Shown here: positions 1 through 12,043 of the stretch, one piece after another
Numbering within the stretch: position 1 is the stretch's first letter
Layout: the number at the start of each line of letters is the position of its first letter
DNA from: Mobula hypostoma
Lineage: Eukaryota
Assembly: GCF_963921235.1 (NCBI RefSeq)
Contig: NC_086105.1
Location: 95,852,001-95,916,000, forward strand
DNA length: 64,000 nt
Direction of reading: 5' to 3'
Translations under genes and position numbers: made by a program
The notes under the pieces: model-generated
The model's input: the letters and a program-made list of their open reading frames with translations, nothing else
Told to the model about the DNA's origin: nothing
The model's database searches: none

Positions 1-205
1 AAGGCACTGCACAATAGTGTTAAACAATTAGGGTTACACAGCAATTTCTATGCAAATGTTCAGAACGCCACAATATTAAACACCACCAGAATAGTCCGAA
101 AATTCCGAGCAATTGAGAAATGCGTGTGCTTGGCTATGCTCGAACCTCAGGTGTTACCAGCCTGATCTGAGAACTAACTAACTAACTAACAAACAAACAA
201 ACATT
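1..205 (+). mobile_element. 3' end of R4/Dong-like (restriction-like endonuclease) non-LTR retrotransposon
   Basis: Translates KALHNSVKQLGLHSNFYANVQNATILNTTRIVRKF, a typical R4/Dong C-terminus. Ends in a (CTAA)n(AAAC)n tail and is similar to 888-1050. Confidence 0.6.
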
Positions 206-221
206 ATTATTAAGCAAAAAT

Positions 222-1065
222 TTAACCAGTGGAAGAGCATGACCCTCCATGGAACTTATCCCATAATCTGAGCAGACTAGATGTCGACAAGGAAGTGTTG
301 AACGCTTGACTCACAATTGAGACTTCTTCCAAGAAACAGAGGGATTCCTTGTGGCAATATAGGACCATGTGGTCAATGCAAAAAAAAATCAAAAATGTAT
401 AGTAAAAGAGCAACAAATTCAAGATGATAAATGCACAAAATGCCAATAGAAATCAGAAACAATTCAACGCATTACAGGACCCTGCAGCAGTTTAACTCAA
501 TCTGATTACTTACACAGGCACAATCAATTAGCAAACATCATTCATCAAAATCTTGTTTTAAAATACAAACTCATAAAGGACACCATATTTTACAATAAAT
601 ACAAGCCTGATCCAGTTTTAGAGTCAGTCCTTTGAAATATTTTATGACTGATTCATTATTGAAGATAGCACAATCCATAACAACCATCCAGTTATAATAT
701 TTCTGGATAAACAAGCAAGAACAACTTACTTAATAGATACAGCCATTCCAAACACACATAACGTATAGAAATCAATAAGTGAAAATCACCAGAAATACTG
801 AATTAAAAGAGGAAGTTGAAAGACTATGGGAAATGAACAAGATATACATTGCCCTGACAGTAATACCGACAACTGATATCATCCCAAAGGCACTACACAA
901 TAGCATTAAACAATTAGGCCCACACAACAAGAATTATGAAAATCTCTAGAAAGCCACAATACTAAATACCAATAGAATAGTTCCCAGCCATTGAGAAATG
1001 AGTGTCCTTGGCATTGCCTGTACCTCAGGTTTTACCAGCTTAACCTGAGAAAAAAATTAAAATAA
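222..1065 (+). mobile_element. Degenerate 5'-truncated R4/Dong-like LINE (second, adjacent copy)
   Basis: Frameshifted remnants of a PD-(D/E)xK domain (TIHNNHP.IIFLDKQARTTYLIDTAIPNTHN; KITRKY.ELKEEV..LW). Same 3' region as 1-170. Confidence 0.6.
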
Positions 1066-1067
1066 TA

Positions 1068-1490
1068 ACTTATTTCTAGAGGACTTTTCATGCAGACAAT
1101 GTAGTTCCAAGTGCTTTACAATGGGATAAAGTGCAAAGGTGAAAATACAAGACAAAATTTCAGTTAAAAGCAGGGTTCGATAAATAGCTTTTGAGCTGGT
1201 GTTTATAAGTGTCAACTGAATCTGCATCCGTTAGAGTTTAGGTATTGAATTCTACAATTTAGGAGTGCAATTCAAAATAGCTGACCTGCCAATTATCTTT
1301 TGAGGAGGATTATTTAAATTTAAGAGACTGGTAGAAGAAGACATGAGAGTTCAAGCGAGATTTTAGAACAAAAGCATTAGAACAAAGCCAATGATATCCC
1401 TGGATTGGAGCAATGAACTATGTATTGGAAAAAGTTGATAGTTGCTGTGGTTAAACACCTCAGATGTGATTTATGACATTTTTTCAATGT
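1068..1490 (-). mobile_element. Old L2-like LINE 3' fragment
   Basis: Reverse-strand L2-type terminus (TGTAAAGCACTTGG...AGTCCTCTAGAAATAA) with degenerate coding remnants. Confidence 0.4.
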
Positions 1491-1494
1491 ACGG

Positions 1495-1788
1495 TATATG
1501 TGTTGGTGCGTTTGTCTAGTGATCTGAAGGTCGCTAGTTCGAGCCTTGGCTGAAGCAGCGTGTTGTCCTTGAGCAAGGCACTTAATCACACATTGCCCTG
1601 TGATGACACCGGTGCCAAGCTATATGGGACCTAATGCCCTTTCCTTGGACAACATCGGTGGCATGGAGAGGGGAGACTTGCAGCATAGGCAACTGCTGGT
1701 CTTCCATACAACCTCGCCCAGACCTGCGCCCTGGAAACCTTCCAAGGTGCAAATCCATGGTCTCACGAGACTAATGGATGCCTATAAA
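1495..1788 (+). mobile_element. tRNA-derived SINE with CORE-like domain
   Basis: Box B-like GTTCGAGCC and GTCCTTGAGCAAGGCACTTAA core. Homologous to the inverted copy at 34299-34596. Confidence 0.75.
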
Positions 1789-2609
1789 ATGGTATATAAA
1801 TGCTTAAGTAGTTTAACCCAATTATTCTGTCATCCAGAAACAGTTAATAAAATAAATAACTTTCTTCTACAAGTTAGTCTATAATGACTACAACACAGTC
1901 TCACTTTTTTTCCAAATTTATCATGCAATTTAGGCAGTGCCTGAGGCACAGCCTCCCTTCACAATTCCAAACTGGACCTCGCTGATCAAATGCAAATTTA
2001 AAGGATCTTCAGTCTCTCTAAATATGCTAGAAATTTCTTGATGATAGATGTTTTACTGTCTGGTGTCATTTCTCACTCTATATGTTCCTCAAAATTGCTG
2101 TGTGATGTAATTTTGCAAAATAAATTTTTCCTGAACTGAGAGAACTTGGGACATTACAGAAAAGATACCTGCAATGTTCTTACCAATTTCCTTAAAGTCT
2201 CGGTGACGGACCTTATCGCCACACTGGAAATGTGTAATGAAATGTAGTAGAGGGAGTGTTACTTTGTGTCTACAGGTCCTCCCCAGTATACCCAACTTAT
2301 GTACATACACATGAGTGTTTGGGTGACTGGTGGGTGGAGTTGTTGGCTGCTACAAGGCTGCAGACATCCTTTCTGGGTGCGAACTCTGAGCCAAAATCAT
2401 TGCATCTTGCAGAGAAATCGGAATGTTTGAGTTACACACCTTGTTTAACTATGCACTGGCTTATAATTTTACTTAAGTAACTTACAAATTGCTCTGCTTA
2501 CAAACATTCCTCAGGAACAGAAAAATTCAAAGTTGGGGAGGGCCAGCCTTAGAAGCCCTTTGTTTGGACAATTGGTGTGTAACTCTTGTTTTGGGGCTTA
2601 TTGTTCCAG

Positions 2610-2735
2610 GTCTGATGTTGACTTTCTACAGCGGAGTGTATGGGACATGTATAGGAGCTACCAGAGAGTTTGGAACACAAGCTAAGGGCCTCATTGGACT
2701 TTCAGGGATATTTATTGGCATTGGAGAGATTCTTG
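2610..2735 (+). CDS. MFSD11: MFSD11/UNC93-like MFS transporter, internal exon
   Basis: ttccag|...|gtaag; encodes LMLTFYSGVYGTCIGATREFGTQAKGLIGLSGIFIGIGEIL, matching recalled MFSD11 (LTFFSGVYGTCIGA...LIGLSGIFIGIGEILG). Confidence 0.92.
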
Positions 2736-3680
2736 GTAAGTGTGAAGATATCTATAAGATTCAATGAACATTGGCAACAGCTGCTGACCAGAATCTTCCT
2801 GAGGCACATTCCATAACAAACACTGTCATGGATGTAAGGTGCCTGTCAGAGAAAGGTGTGTTCGAGATGTCTTTTAGAAGAAGGTGTGTGTGACGTATCT
2901 CTCAGAGGAAGGTGTGTTGGGGCCAAAAAGGGTATTAATTAGAACCTGCCACTCTTAGAAAACAGGGATTAGTACAGCCTTGAACCTCCTCCCCATAGAA
3001 ATATACAAATTGCTATTGATTGATGAGTACCGAATTGCCCCCTTGCTGATCTGAAAGGAGACCTTTCAAAACCTTGCTGCCCTGAAAGGGCTCCTTTTAT
3101 TCCTATATAACAGTGTTAAGGTGCTGCATACTCCCTTGTAAGCCTCCTACTTCCACAGCAGGGGTAGGGGTTTACTGGCTGGAGAACAGTGAACTGCTGC
3201 CCTAACTCCCAAACCTTCTGGCGGTAGATTCCTTGCCAGCTTGTAGGTTAAATGACCACTGTAAATTGCCTCCATGTTGGCAGGTGGCAGGAGAATAATG
3301 CAAAAGGAAAAATAAGATTAGAGTAGCTGAGCGTGGCCATGGTGAGCTGGGTGGCTTGGTTGATTCCACGCCCATGTCTCTATCAGTTTATGGGGGCTTG
3401 TGGAGGGACTTTATCTGGCAGGGTTTGAACGAATCAGTGGGTGTCCAGGTGCTCACAGCTAAGTTCTAGAAGCTGCCTTCCTTGCTATGCCATCTCCAGC
3501 TGGAAAGAAGATGGTGCTATGGGATTTGACATCCTGCTGGTTTTTGAAGTGTTGTTTTGGAGCTGGTGTAGGTGGCGTTAAATGGGAAACCTGATGCACT
3601 GGCACATTTGGAGCTCTGGCCAGTGGGTGACTGGGAGGCACAGCCCGGGAATCTGAATCCTGTGCTTCTCTCATTCGCAG

Positions 3681-3855
3681 GGGGTGGGATTTTTGGGTTG
3701 CTCTGCTTCAATAACCATTTCCGACGCACCTCTGCCATCTTACTGGGAGTCATCGTGCATCTCTTGGGATTCTACCTAATTTTCCTCATGATGCCAGATG
3801 ACGCTCCAATCACCAGTGCCGACAGCAGTCACGACAAGCCATACCTGTTTCCCAG
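3681..3855 (+). CDS. MFSD11: MFSD11-like internal exon
   Basis: tcgcag|...|gtaag; GGIFGLLCFNNHFRRTSAILLGVIVHLLGFYLIFLMMPDDAPI; phase matches neighbouring exons. Confidence 0.92.
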
Positions 3856-4149
3856 GTAAGTCACCGTTATGAACCTTTGGTCATGGTGAGGGTCATCCTT
3901 CCCCAGCGCCTCTTCCCAACTCTGTACACCGTGCCCAATTTTTAACCATTCAATTGCACAATAATGCCTCAAGATTCATCTTGCCTGGTGACGTAGACCA
4001 AGGTTTGTCTCAATGTTCAGTGGAGAGGAGCGGAGGTTTGGTGGGGCAGTGCTGTGGGCAGAGCAATGACACAAATAGCAGAGCTGCGGCTCTCCTCCGT
4101 TATGTCCTGTTTAAGTTTAGAGTAAGTAAGAAGTCGGACATTTGATGCA

Positions 4150-4582
4150 TCCTTTAAATTTGAGCAAATCTGGTGACCTTTTATCCAATATTTTCATTTA
4201 ATTCAATTTATTACTCTTCCAATTTTTTTTTTGAAGTTTTAGATTTGATCAAAGTCTTTCTTTTTTTTTTGGTCGTATCCTCAAAGTGGACTGCCCAGTC
4301 CCTTTTTTTTTGTTTCTTTTTTTTATATAATGTCATGTTTTTTTTTCTCTCCATTTAAAACTCAATGTTTTTTCTTTCCTCTTCATGAACTGATAAGAGG
4401 AGAATTGCTGTTTGCATTTTTTTATTAAATATTTTATACTAGCTTAACAATATGTATGATTTTGACAATGTCTATGTTAATCTCAGTTTGTATTGTTACT
4501 GATATATATATTTGAGATAATTCTCCTCTTGATTGTATTTATGTTCCTTTTAAATCAATAAGAAGATTAATAAAGAAAGAAA
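4150..4582 (+). mobile_element. L1-clade LINE 3' end (last codons, T-rich 3'UTR, A-rich tail)
   Basis: KFEQIW.PF-type C-terminus, then a T-rich UTR and AATAAGAAGATTAATAAAGAAAGA tail. Confidence 0.45.
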
Positions 4583-4587
4583 CAAAT

Positions 4588-4800
4588 TGCAGAGCTGCTC
4601 CTTACAGCTCCCGTGAGCCGGGTTCAAAGCTGACCTCCAGTGCTGTCTCTGTGGAGTTCGCACATTCTCCCTGTGTACGGGTTCCCCCAGGTGCTCCTTT
4701 TTCCTCCCACATCCCAAAAACGTGCTGGCTTGTCGGACAATTGGCCACTGTAAATGGCCTCTGATGATAGAATCTGGAGGCAGCTGGTGAGAATGGGGTT
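4588..4800 (+). mobile_element. HE1/V-domain SINE
   Basis: GGGTTCAAAGC box B; V-domain TGTGGAGTTCGCACATTCTCCCTGTG...TTTCCTCCCACATCCCAAA. Confidence 0.7.
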
Positions 4801-5533
4801 AGAACAGTCTACAGGGAAAATTAGTTGGGGAATGGAATTTTACTCTGGGACCTGGATTAAACTCCAAATGGCATCTTTCTGATGCATAGGCGTGGCAATT
4901 TGTTATGGGGTGTGGAATGGTGGCAGGGTTAAGAGAATCAGTTGTGAGGTGGTCAGACTGGTGAGAACTGCAACCGGAGCGAACGGGGGCTAATTCCCTT
5001 ACTGGGCTAGATGTCCACTACAAGTTGATCACAAATCCCTCTGTTTAAAAAAAAATGCTACCTTGTTCACCAATATCGTTCATTAAAGAAAATCTGCAAT
5101 TATTCCAGGGCCTGGGTGCTTATCCGGTTTGTAGCTGAGAGTACGGTCCATTGTGAAGAGGCCGAGGGCAGAAGTCACGTAATCAGACCAGTGTAGTGGG
5201 TCAAGGATACAGCCTAGCGTGGCTATCACAGAGAATGAGCTGGACAGTGTCAGTAAACAGGCCTGTGTTTATAAAAAGAGAAACACAAGACAGCAGATGC
5301 TGCAATCTGGAGCAATTCGAAAGGTGCTGGAGGAATTTAACATGTCGGGCGGCATCTATGGAGATAAAGTGTTGAATCTCTTTTTCCTTCCATATGAGTT
5401 CCTCCAGCACCTCTTGTGTTATAAAAAATTCTAGAAATACTCTGCAGGTCAGCTGGCCTGTGAGTAGGGAAGTTGAATTAGTACTTCAGGTCTGATTATC
5501 TTTCATCGGAGGGAAATGTTGTTGTTTTCACAG

Positions 5534-5669
5534 TCCCGCCGTGGCATTAGTGATCAGCTTCCTGCTAGGCCTGGGTGACAGCTGCTTTAACACTCAGCTC
5601 TACAGCATCATTGGTATCCTGTACTCCGAGGAGAGTGGGCCTGCTTTTGGCATCTTCAAATTTATACAG
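5534..5669 (+). CDS. MFSD11: MFSD11-like penultimate exon
   Basis: tcacag|...|gtagag; PAVALVISFLLGLGDSCFNTQLYSIIGILYSEESGPAFGIFKFIQ. Confidence 0.93.
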
Positions 5670-5771
5670 GTAGAGTGAGTGGAGATATAATCTGTGAGTA
5701 TACAGTTACTGGCTTCATCCTCATTGGTGCATGATGCTAACAACAATGCTGCTACAGCATCTGGCACACAC

Positions 5772-6066
5772 TGTGCCAGGAGATGTAGAGGAGGATTGAC
5801 CGAAAGACAAAACAGCAGCAATGATTTAGCAGTGAGCGATAACTTTAATAATAAACTGCAAAATAATAAGCCATGAGGGGCCACAAAACAGGAGAAAACA
5901 GGTATTAAACACCACAGGCAACCAGGCGAGGAGCAACTGGTAAGGGTTGGCTGATGCGTTGGGTGAACGGGGTTTAAATAGGCTGCAGGTGATGCGTCAG
6001 GAACAAGTGGCAGGTGATTCCTGTTATCTGGATAGAGATTGGGAGGTGCAGGCCTGACCCACGACT
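5772..6066 (-). mobile_element. Possible solo LTR
   Basis: Starts TGT. Reverse strand carries TATTTAA and ATTAAA in LTR-like order. Right end and TSD not resolved. Confidence 0.3.
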
Positions 6067-6112
6067 TGTCAATGTGTGAGTCACATTCATGCTGAGTCAT
6101 GATTTCTATCAC

Positions 6113-9100
6113 ACCAAGCTGAGATGCATATCTGTGGGGAGGTTTGCTATTGCTATGGGGGAGGGTTTAAATTAGATTTCCAGGGCGGTGGGAACTGAAG
6201 CGAAGAGGCAGAGGATGGGACGGTTGGAGCACAAGTAGACAGCTTGTAGAGAGTTTGTGAAGAAGGATAGGCAGATGATAGAGCAAAGATGCACTCAGCC
6301 TGATGGTTTGAGATGTGTTCATTTTAATGCAAGGTGTATTGTAAACAAGGTGGATGAACTTAGAGCGTGGATCAATACGTGGAATTGTGACGTTGTAGCC
6401 ATTACAGAGACTTGGATGTCTCAGGAGCAGGAATGGCTGCTGAGTGTGTCAGGCTTTAGATGTTTCAAAAAGAACAGAGAGGGAGGCAAAAGAGGTGGGA
6501 CGTGGCATTGCTAATTAGAGATAGAGTAGCAACTGCAGAAGAGGAGGAAGTCATGGAGGGATTGTCTACTGAGTCAGCGTGGGTGGAAGTCAGAAAGAGG
6601 AAAGAGGCAATAACTCTACTGGGGGGTTTTTATAGACCCCCCAATAGTAACAAGGATATCAAGGAGCAGATAGGGAGGCAGATTCTGGAACAGTTCAATA
6701 ATAATAGCGTTGTTGTGATGGGAGATTTTAACCTTCCTAATATTGATTAGCATTTCCTTAGCGCGAGGGGTTTAGACGGGGTAGAGTTGGTTAGGTGTGG
6801 TCAGGAAGGTTTCCTGACACAATATGTAGATAAGCCAACTAGAAGAGAAGCTGTACTTGATCTGGTATTGAGAAATGAACCTGGTCAGGTGTCAGATCTC
6901 TCAGTGGGAGAGCATTTTGAAGGTAGTGACCACAACTCTCTCTCCTTCACCATAGTGCTGGAGAGGAATAGGAGCAGACAATTTGGGAAAACATTTAATA
7001 GGGATAGGGGAAAATATCATGCTATTAGGCCGGAACTTGGGAGCATAAATTGGGACCAGATGTTCTTGGGGAAATGCATGGCAGAAATGTGGCAAATGTT
7101 CAGGAAACATTTGAATGGAGCTCTGCATAGGTATGTTTCACTGAGACAGGGAAAGGATGGTAGGGTTAAAGAACCAAAGTATGTAGAAAATCTAGTCAAG
7201 AAGAAAAGAAAAGCTTCCCAAAGGTTCAAGAAACTAGGTATTGTTAGAGCTCTAGAAAATTATGAAGTTTGCTAGGAAGGTGTTTAAGGATGGAATTACG
7301 AGAGCCAGAAGGGGCCATGAGAAGGCCTTGGTGAGCAGGATTAAGGAAAACGCCAAGGCATTCTACAAGTATGTGAAGAACAAGAGGATGAGCTGTGTGA
7401 GAATAGGACCAATCAGGTGCGATAGTGGAAATGTGTACATGGAGATGGGGAGGTAGCGGAGGTACTTAATGAATATTTTGCTTCTGTATTCACCAGGGAA
7501 AAAGACCTTGGCAATTGTAGGGATGACTTACAGTGGACTGAAATGCTTGCGCAAATAGACATTAAGAAAGAGGATGTGCTGGAGCTTTTGAAAAGCATTA
7601 AGTTATATAAGTCACTGGGACTGGATGAAATATACCCCAGGCTACTGTGGGAGGCGAAGGAGGAGATTGCTGAGCCTCTTTCGATGACCTTTGCATCATC
7701 CATAGGGATGGGAGAAGTACCAAAGGATTAGAGGGTTGCAAATGTTGTTCACTTGTTCAAGAAAGGGAGTAGAGATAACCTAGGACATTATAGAGCAGTG
7801 AGTCTGACTTCAGTGGTGGGCAAGTTGTTGGAGAAGATCCTGAAAGGCACAATTTATGAGCACTTGGAGACACATAATCTGATTAGGGATAGTCAGCATG
7901 GCTTTGTCAAGGGCAGGTCGTGCCTTACGAGCCTGATTGAATTCTTTGAGGAAGTAACAAAATACATTAATGAAGGTAGAGCAGTGGATGTAGTGTATAT
8001 GAATTTCAGAAGGCATTTGATAAGGTTCCCCATGCCAGGCTCATTCAGAAAGTAAGGAGGCATAGGATCCAAGGAGACCTTGCTTTGTGGATCCAGAATT
8101 GGCTTGACCACAGAAGACGAAGGGTGGTTGTAGATGGTTCACATTCTGTATGGAGGTCGGTGACCAGTGGTGTTCCACAGGGATCTGTTCTGGGACCCTT
8201 CCTCTTTGTGATTTTTATAAATGACTTGGATGAAGAAGTAGAAGGGTTGGTTAGTAAGTCTGCTGATGATACAAAGGTTGGAGTTGTCGTGGATAGTCTG
8301 GAGGGTTGTCAGAGGTTATAGCAGGACATTGATAGGATGCAGAACTGGGCTGAGAAGTGGCAGATGGACTTCAACCCAAATAAGTCTGAAGTTGTTCATT
8401 TTGGTAGGTCCAGTTTGAAGACAGAATATAATATAAATGGTAAGACTCTAGGCATTGTGGAAGATCTGAGAGATCTTGGGGTCCGTGTTGAAAGGACACT
8501 CAAAGCTGCTGTGCAGGTTGACAGTGTTGTTAAGAAGGCGTATGATGTGTTGGCCTTCATCAACCATGGGATTGAGTTCAAGATCCGTGAGGCAATGTTA
8601 CAGCTATATAAGAGCTTGGTCAGACCCCATTGGAGAACTATGTTCAGTTCTGGTCACCTCACTACAGGAAGGATGTGGATACTATAGAGAGAGTGCAGAG
8701 GAAATTTACAAGAATGTTGCCTGGATTGGAGGGAGTACCTTATGAGAATAGGTTGAGTGTACTTGGCCTTTTCTCCTTGGAGTGACAGAGGATGAAGGAT
8801 GACCTGATAGAGGTGTATAAGATGATGAGAGGCTTTTTCCCAGGTCTGAAATGGCTAACAGGAGGGGGTATAATTTTAAGGTGCTTGGAAATAGGTACCA
8901 GGGGGATGTCAGGGGTAAGTTTTTCACACAGAGTTGTGTGTGCATGGAATGCACTGCTGGCGGTAGTGATGGAAGCGGATACAATGAGGTCTTTTAAGAG
9001 CCTCTTAGATAGGTACATGGAACTTAGAAAAATATAGGGCTATGCACTAGGGAAATTCTAGGCAGCTTCTAGAGTAGGTTACATGGTCAGCACAACATTG

Positions 9101-9141
9101 TGGGCCGAAGGGCCTGTAATGTGCTGTAAATTTCTATGTTC
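6113..9141 (+). mobile_element. CR1 LINE, nearly whole ORF2 (APE+RT), frameshifted
   Basis: ORF pieces [54 protein letters not shown]; 3' tail TTCTATGTT. Confidence 0.92.
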
Positions 9142-9174
9142 ATATCAAAGTGAACTATTACATGATAATATTAC

Positions 9175-9481
9175 TTTTTTTGACGTGTGCCTGCGTGTGT
9201 GAGTCTGTGCGTGTGTGTCTGCGTGTGCGTGCATGCGTCCATGATGATGTCTTTTTCATTACAAGGCACGGAGTGAGAGGGAGAGAGACTGTGTGGCCGC
9301 CACTCCTCACATAGACATTTTTTGCAGTATTTTCCCTGTATTTTACAAGGTCGAGTTGCGATCTCGACACTCAACCTGGCATAGATGGAAAGCGTACTCG
9401 GGAGCGGACCTGACTGGTTTCGAACCCAGGAACCTCTGCTCCTGAGTCCGGCACCGATGCCATTGAGCCACCAGCCGGCCC
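9175..9481 (-). mobile_element. tRNA-derived poly(A)-tailed SINE with 16-bp TSD
   Basis: Minus strand begins GGGCCGGCTGG with box A TGGCTCAATGG and box B GGTTCGAAACC, ends (CA)-rich plus A7. TSD TACATG(A/G)TAATATTAC at 9159-9174 and 9482-9497. Confidence 0.88.
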
Positions 9482-9842
9482 TACATGGTAATATTACATT
9501 GCACACGGGTGATTTTTTTTAAATCACTCAGCTAAAGTATGCAGGACTCTGAGTTTTAATAGATGTCACACCGATGTGTAGCACACTGGGCTGAGCTGGG
9601 AGACTCCCCACAGCGAGGAGACATTTCAGAGCTTAAAAAGGGGCCACGCAGAGCAACAAGACAAGACGCTCTGAGCTAAGCGAGGAATCACACTGAACTA
9701 CGGAAGACAGTGTATCTCAGTATGATCGCTATCAATTCTCCGTTGGTCAGAACACTGAACAAAGGTACAGCTCACAATGCTCGAACATTTGTCACTGAGC
9801 TATCACACATACTACGCTGTGCCACTATTGGTACCATAGTGT

Positions 9843-10410
9843 CACAGAACTACAGAGTAGAGAAACAAGGCCCTTTAGCCAAACTTGTCCATGCCAACCA
9901 AGGTGCCTACCTCAGTGAGTCCCACTTGCTTGCTTTTGGCCAATATCCCTCCAGATATTTCCTACCCATGAACTTGTTCAAATGTATTTTAAATTTTGTA
10001 GCTGTACCTCCCTCCTAATTCCTCTGGCAACTCATTCAATATACCCACCATCCTGTGTTTAAAAACTTGCCCCTCAGATCCCCTTTAAATCTTTCTCCTC
10101 TTTCTTAAACCTATCCCCTCTAGCTTTCACCTCCCCTGCCCTGGGAAAAGACCTGTGACTATCCACCTTACCTCTGTCCCTCAAGACTTTATAAACCGCG
10201 TGAGATCACTTCACAGCCTCCTATGCTTCAGGGAAAACTTATCTCCAGCGTATCTACTGTAGTTTCTCCTTAAATTCTAACAGTCCTGCCAACATCCACG
10301 TCAATCTAGCTTTGTCCTCTCTGGCGGATTCACGTCCTTCCTAGAGCACGGCAACCAGTATTACGTACTCCAACTGCAATCTCACCAGTGTGTTGTACAG
10401 TTGTACTCTA
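9843..10410 (-). mobile_element. Degenerate CR1 3' fragment
   Basis: Reverse-complement similarity to the CR1 3' regions elsewhere in the window. Confidence 0.65.
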
Positions 10411-10694
10411 TGTTCCCATCAAACGCAGTACAAGTTATGATCCCTACCACACTCGACTATGAGTCATGTCCAGTAACTGCTCCCTAGGTTGATATCTTCC
10501 TGCTGTGCCTGGATATGATCTGTTATTATTTAGAATATTTCAGTGACATATCAGAAAGAAGCCATTTTCAGCTTCGTGCCAGAGTGGGTTTATGATTTTA
10601 AGGGTGAATTGCATTTGTAAGGTTTATGCCTCGTTGGAGGATTTTCTGTTTGGATGATGATTTGGCAGTGTTATATCTGGATATCCTACCCTTA

Positions 10695-10956
10695 GGGCAG
10701 CACAGTAGTGCCGTGGCTAGCACAGCACTTTACAGTACCAACGAGCTGGGTTCAATTCCCACCACTGCCTTTAAGGAGTTTGTATGTTCTCCCTGTGACC
10801 GTGTGGATTTTCCTCCCAGAGTCCAAAGGTTGGTAGATTAATTGGGCATTGTAAACTGTCCTGTGACTGGGCTAGAATTAAATCGGGGGATTGCTGGGGA
10901 GCACGGCTCGAAGGGCTGGGAGGGCCTATTCTGCATTGTGTCTCGATAAATAGATA
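10695..10956 (+). mobile_element. HE1/V-domain SINE
   Basis: tRNA-like head (GGGTTCAATTCC), V-domain GGAGTTTGTATGTTCTCCC..., CR1-like tail GAAGGGC...GGGCCTATTCTG. Confidence 0.75.
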
Positions 10957-11049
10957 CACTTTAGTGGATGTGTCGTTAGCTCCGAGATGTGCTTGGCCTA
11001 AATGTAACCACTGTCCTCAGTGTTGTGACTGTGTTTCTTTGACTTTCAG

Positions 11050-11202
11050 TCTGTTTCTGCCGCGGTGGCTTTTGGATACAGTAACTACCTGGTGTTGTCG
11101 CTACAGCTGCTCATCCTCACCATCTTCTGCTTCCTTGGCACAATCTCCTTTTTTATCACAGAGAAAATTGAAGCCAACGCGCCGGACTTGCTAGATTTCT
11201 GA
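11050..11202 (+). CDS. MFSD11: MFSD11-like last coding exon
   Basis: tttcag| SVSAAVAFGYSNYLVLSLQLLILTIFCFLGTISFFITEKIEANAPDLLDF*; TGA at 11200-11202. Confidence 0.9.
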   Translation, partial: SVSAAVAFGYSNYLVLSLQLLILTIFCFLGTISFFITEKIEANAPDLLDF

Positions 11203-11885
11203 CCTTAACTATGCAGCCATGAAGTGCAAGTGAAAGGCACGGCAAGAAAGCAGGGACTTCCAGGGACTAAAATGGGGAAAATTCTCTGAAGCAGATTGTC
11301 AGGATGTATCAGCTCTCTGGCTGTAGTGGGATCACTGACGCCCACTGCTGGCTGAAAGAGCATTTCCATCCAACGTTTTGCAGACGCTGTATTGATCAGC
11401 GGGTCTGGTGTCTCTGTTTATAATGATGAAGACAGAAATAAGCAGTAGTTCAAACCATCTGAACTGTTTTGTTATCTTCCCTATTGCTGGAAGGGTCAGG
11501 GAAACTGAAGGACACAGATTTATGGTGCTTGCTAAACAGCGTGCAACAACAGAAAATGCTGACAACACTCAGCAGGTCGGGCAGTATCTGTGGGAAGAGT
11601 TGTTTCAGGTTGGAGACCCTTTGCCGGAACTGGGGAAGAGAGATAACAAGTTAGTTTTAAATCTTGGAGAATATTGAGGGGCACAAAATAGAGCAAAGGC
11701 AAAGTGAGGGTGAGGTTAGGGCTGCCAAGGTACAGCAACCTTGATTTTGGATTACTCCAGCACACACATAGCTGACAGGCTAACATTGCAGGTTGAAAAC
11801 CCTTCATCAAAACTCTATTTCTATTTCTACAGATGCTAACTGATCTGTTCAATGTTACAGCGCTCTTCTTATTTCAGATTTCAAT

Positions 11886-12043
11886 GTCTTTTAAGAGCCT
11901 CTTAGATAGGTACATGGAGCTTCAAAAAATAGAGGGCTATGCGGTAGGGAAATTCTAGGCAGCTTCTAGAGTAGGTCACACGGTCAGCACAACATTGTGG
12001 GCCGAAGGGCCTGTAATGTGCTGTAGATTTCTATGTTTCTATG
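11886..12043 (+). mobile_element. CR1 3' tail, short truncated copy in or after the MFSD11 3'UTR
   Basis: Near-identical to 8989-9141. Confidence 0.8.

Noticed and set aside
2848-2920. Three degenerate ~27-bp repeats containing AAGGTGTGT
   Set aside because: Too short and degenerate to assign a function
9400-9481. tRNA gene (also 34530-34596)
   Set aside because: tRNA-like heads of TSD-flanked SINEs; no complete cloverleaf or terminator
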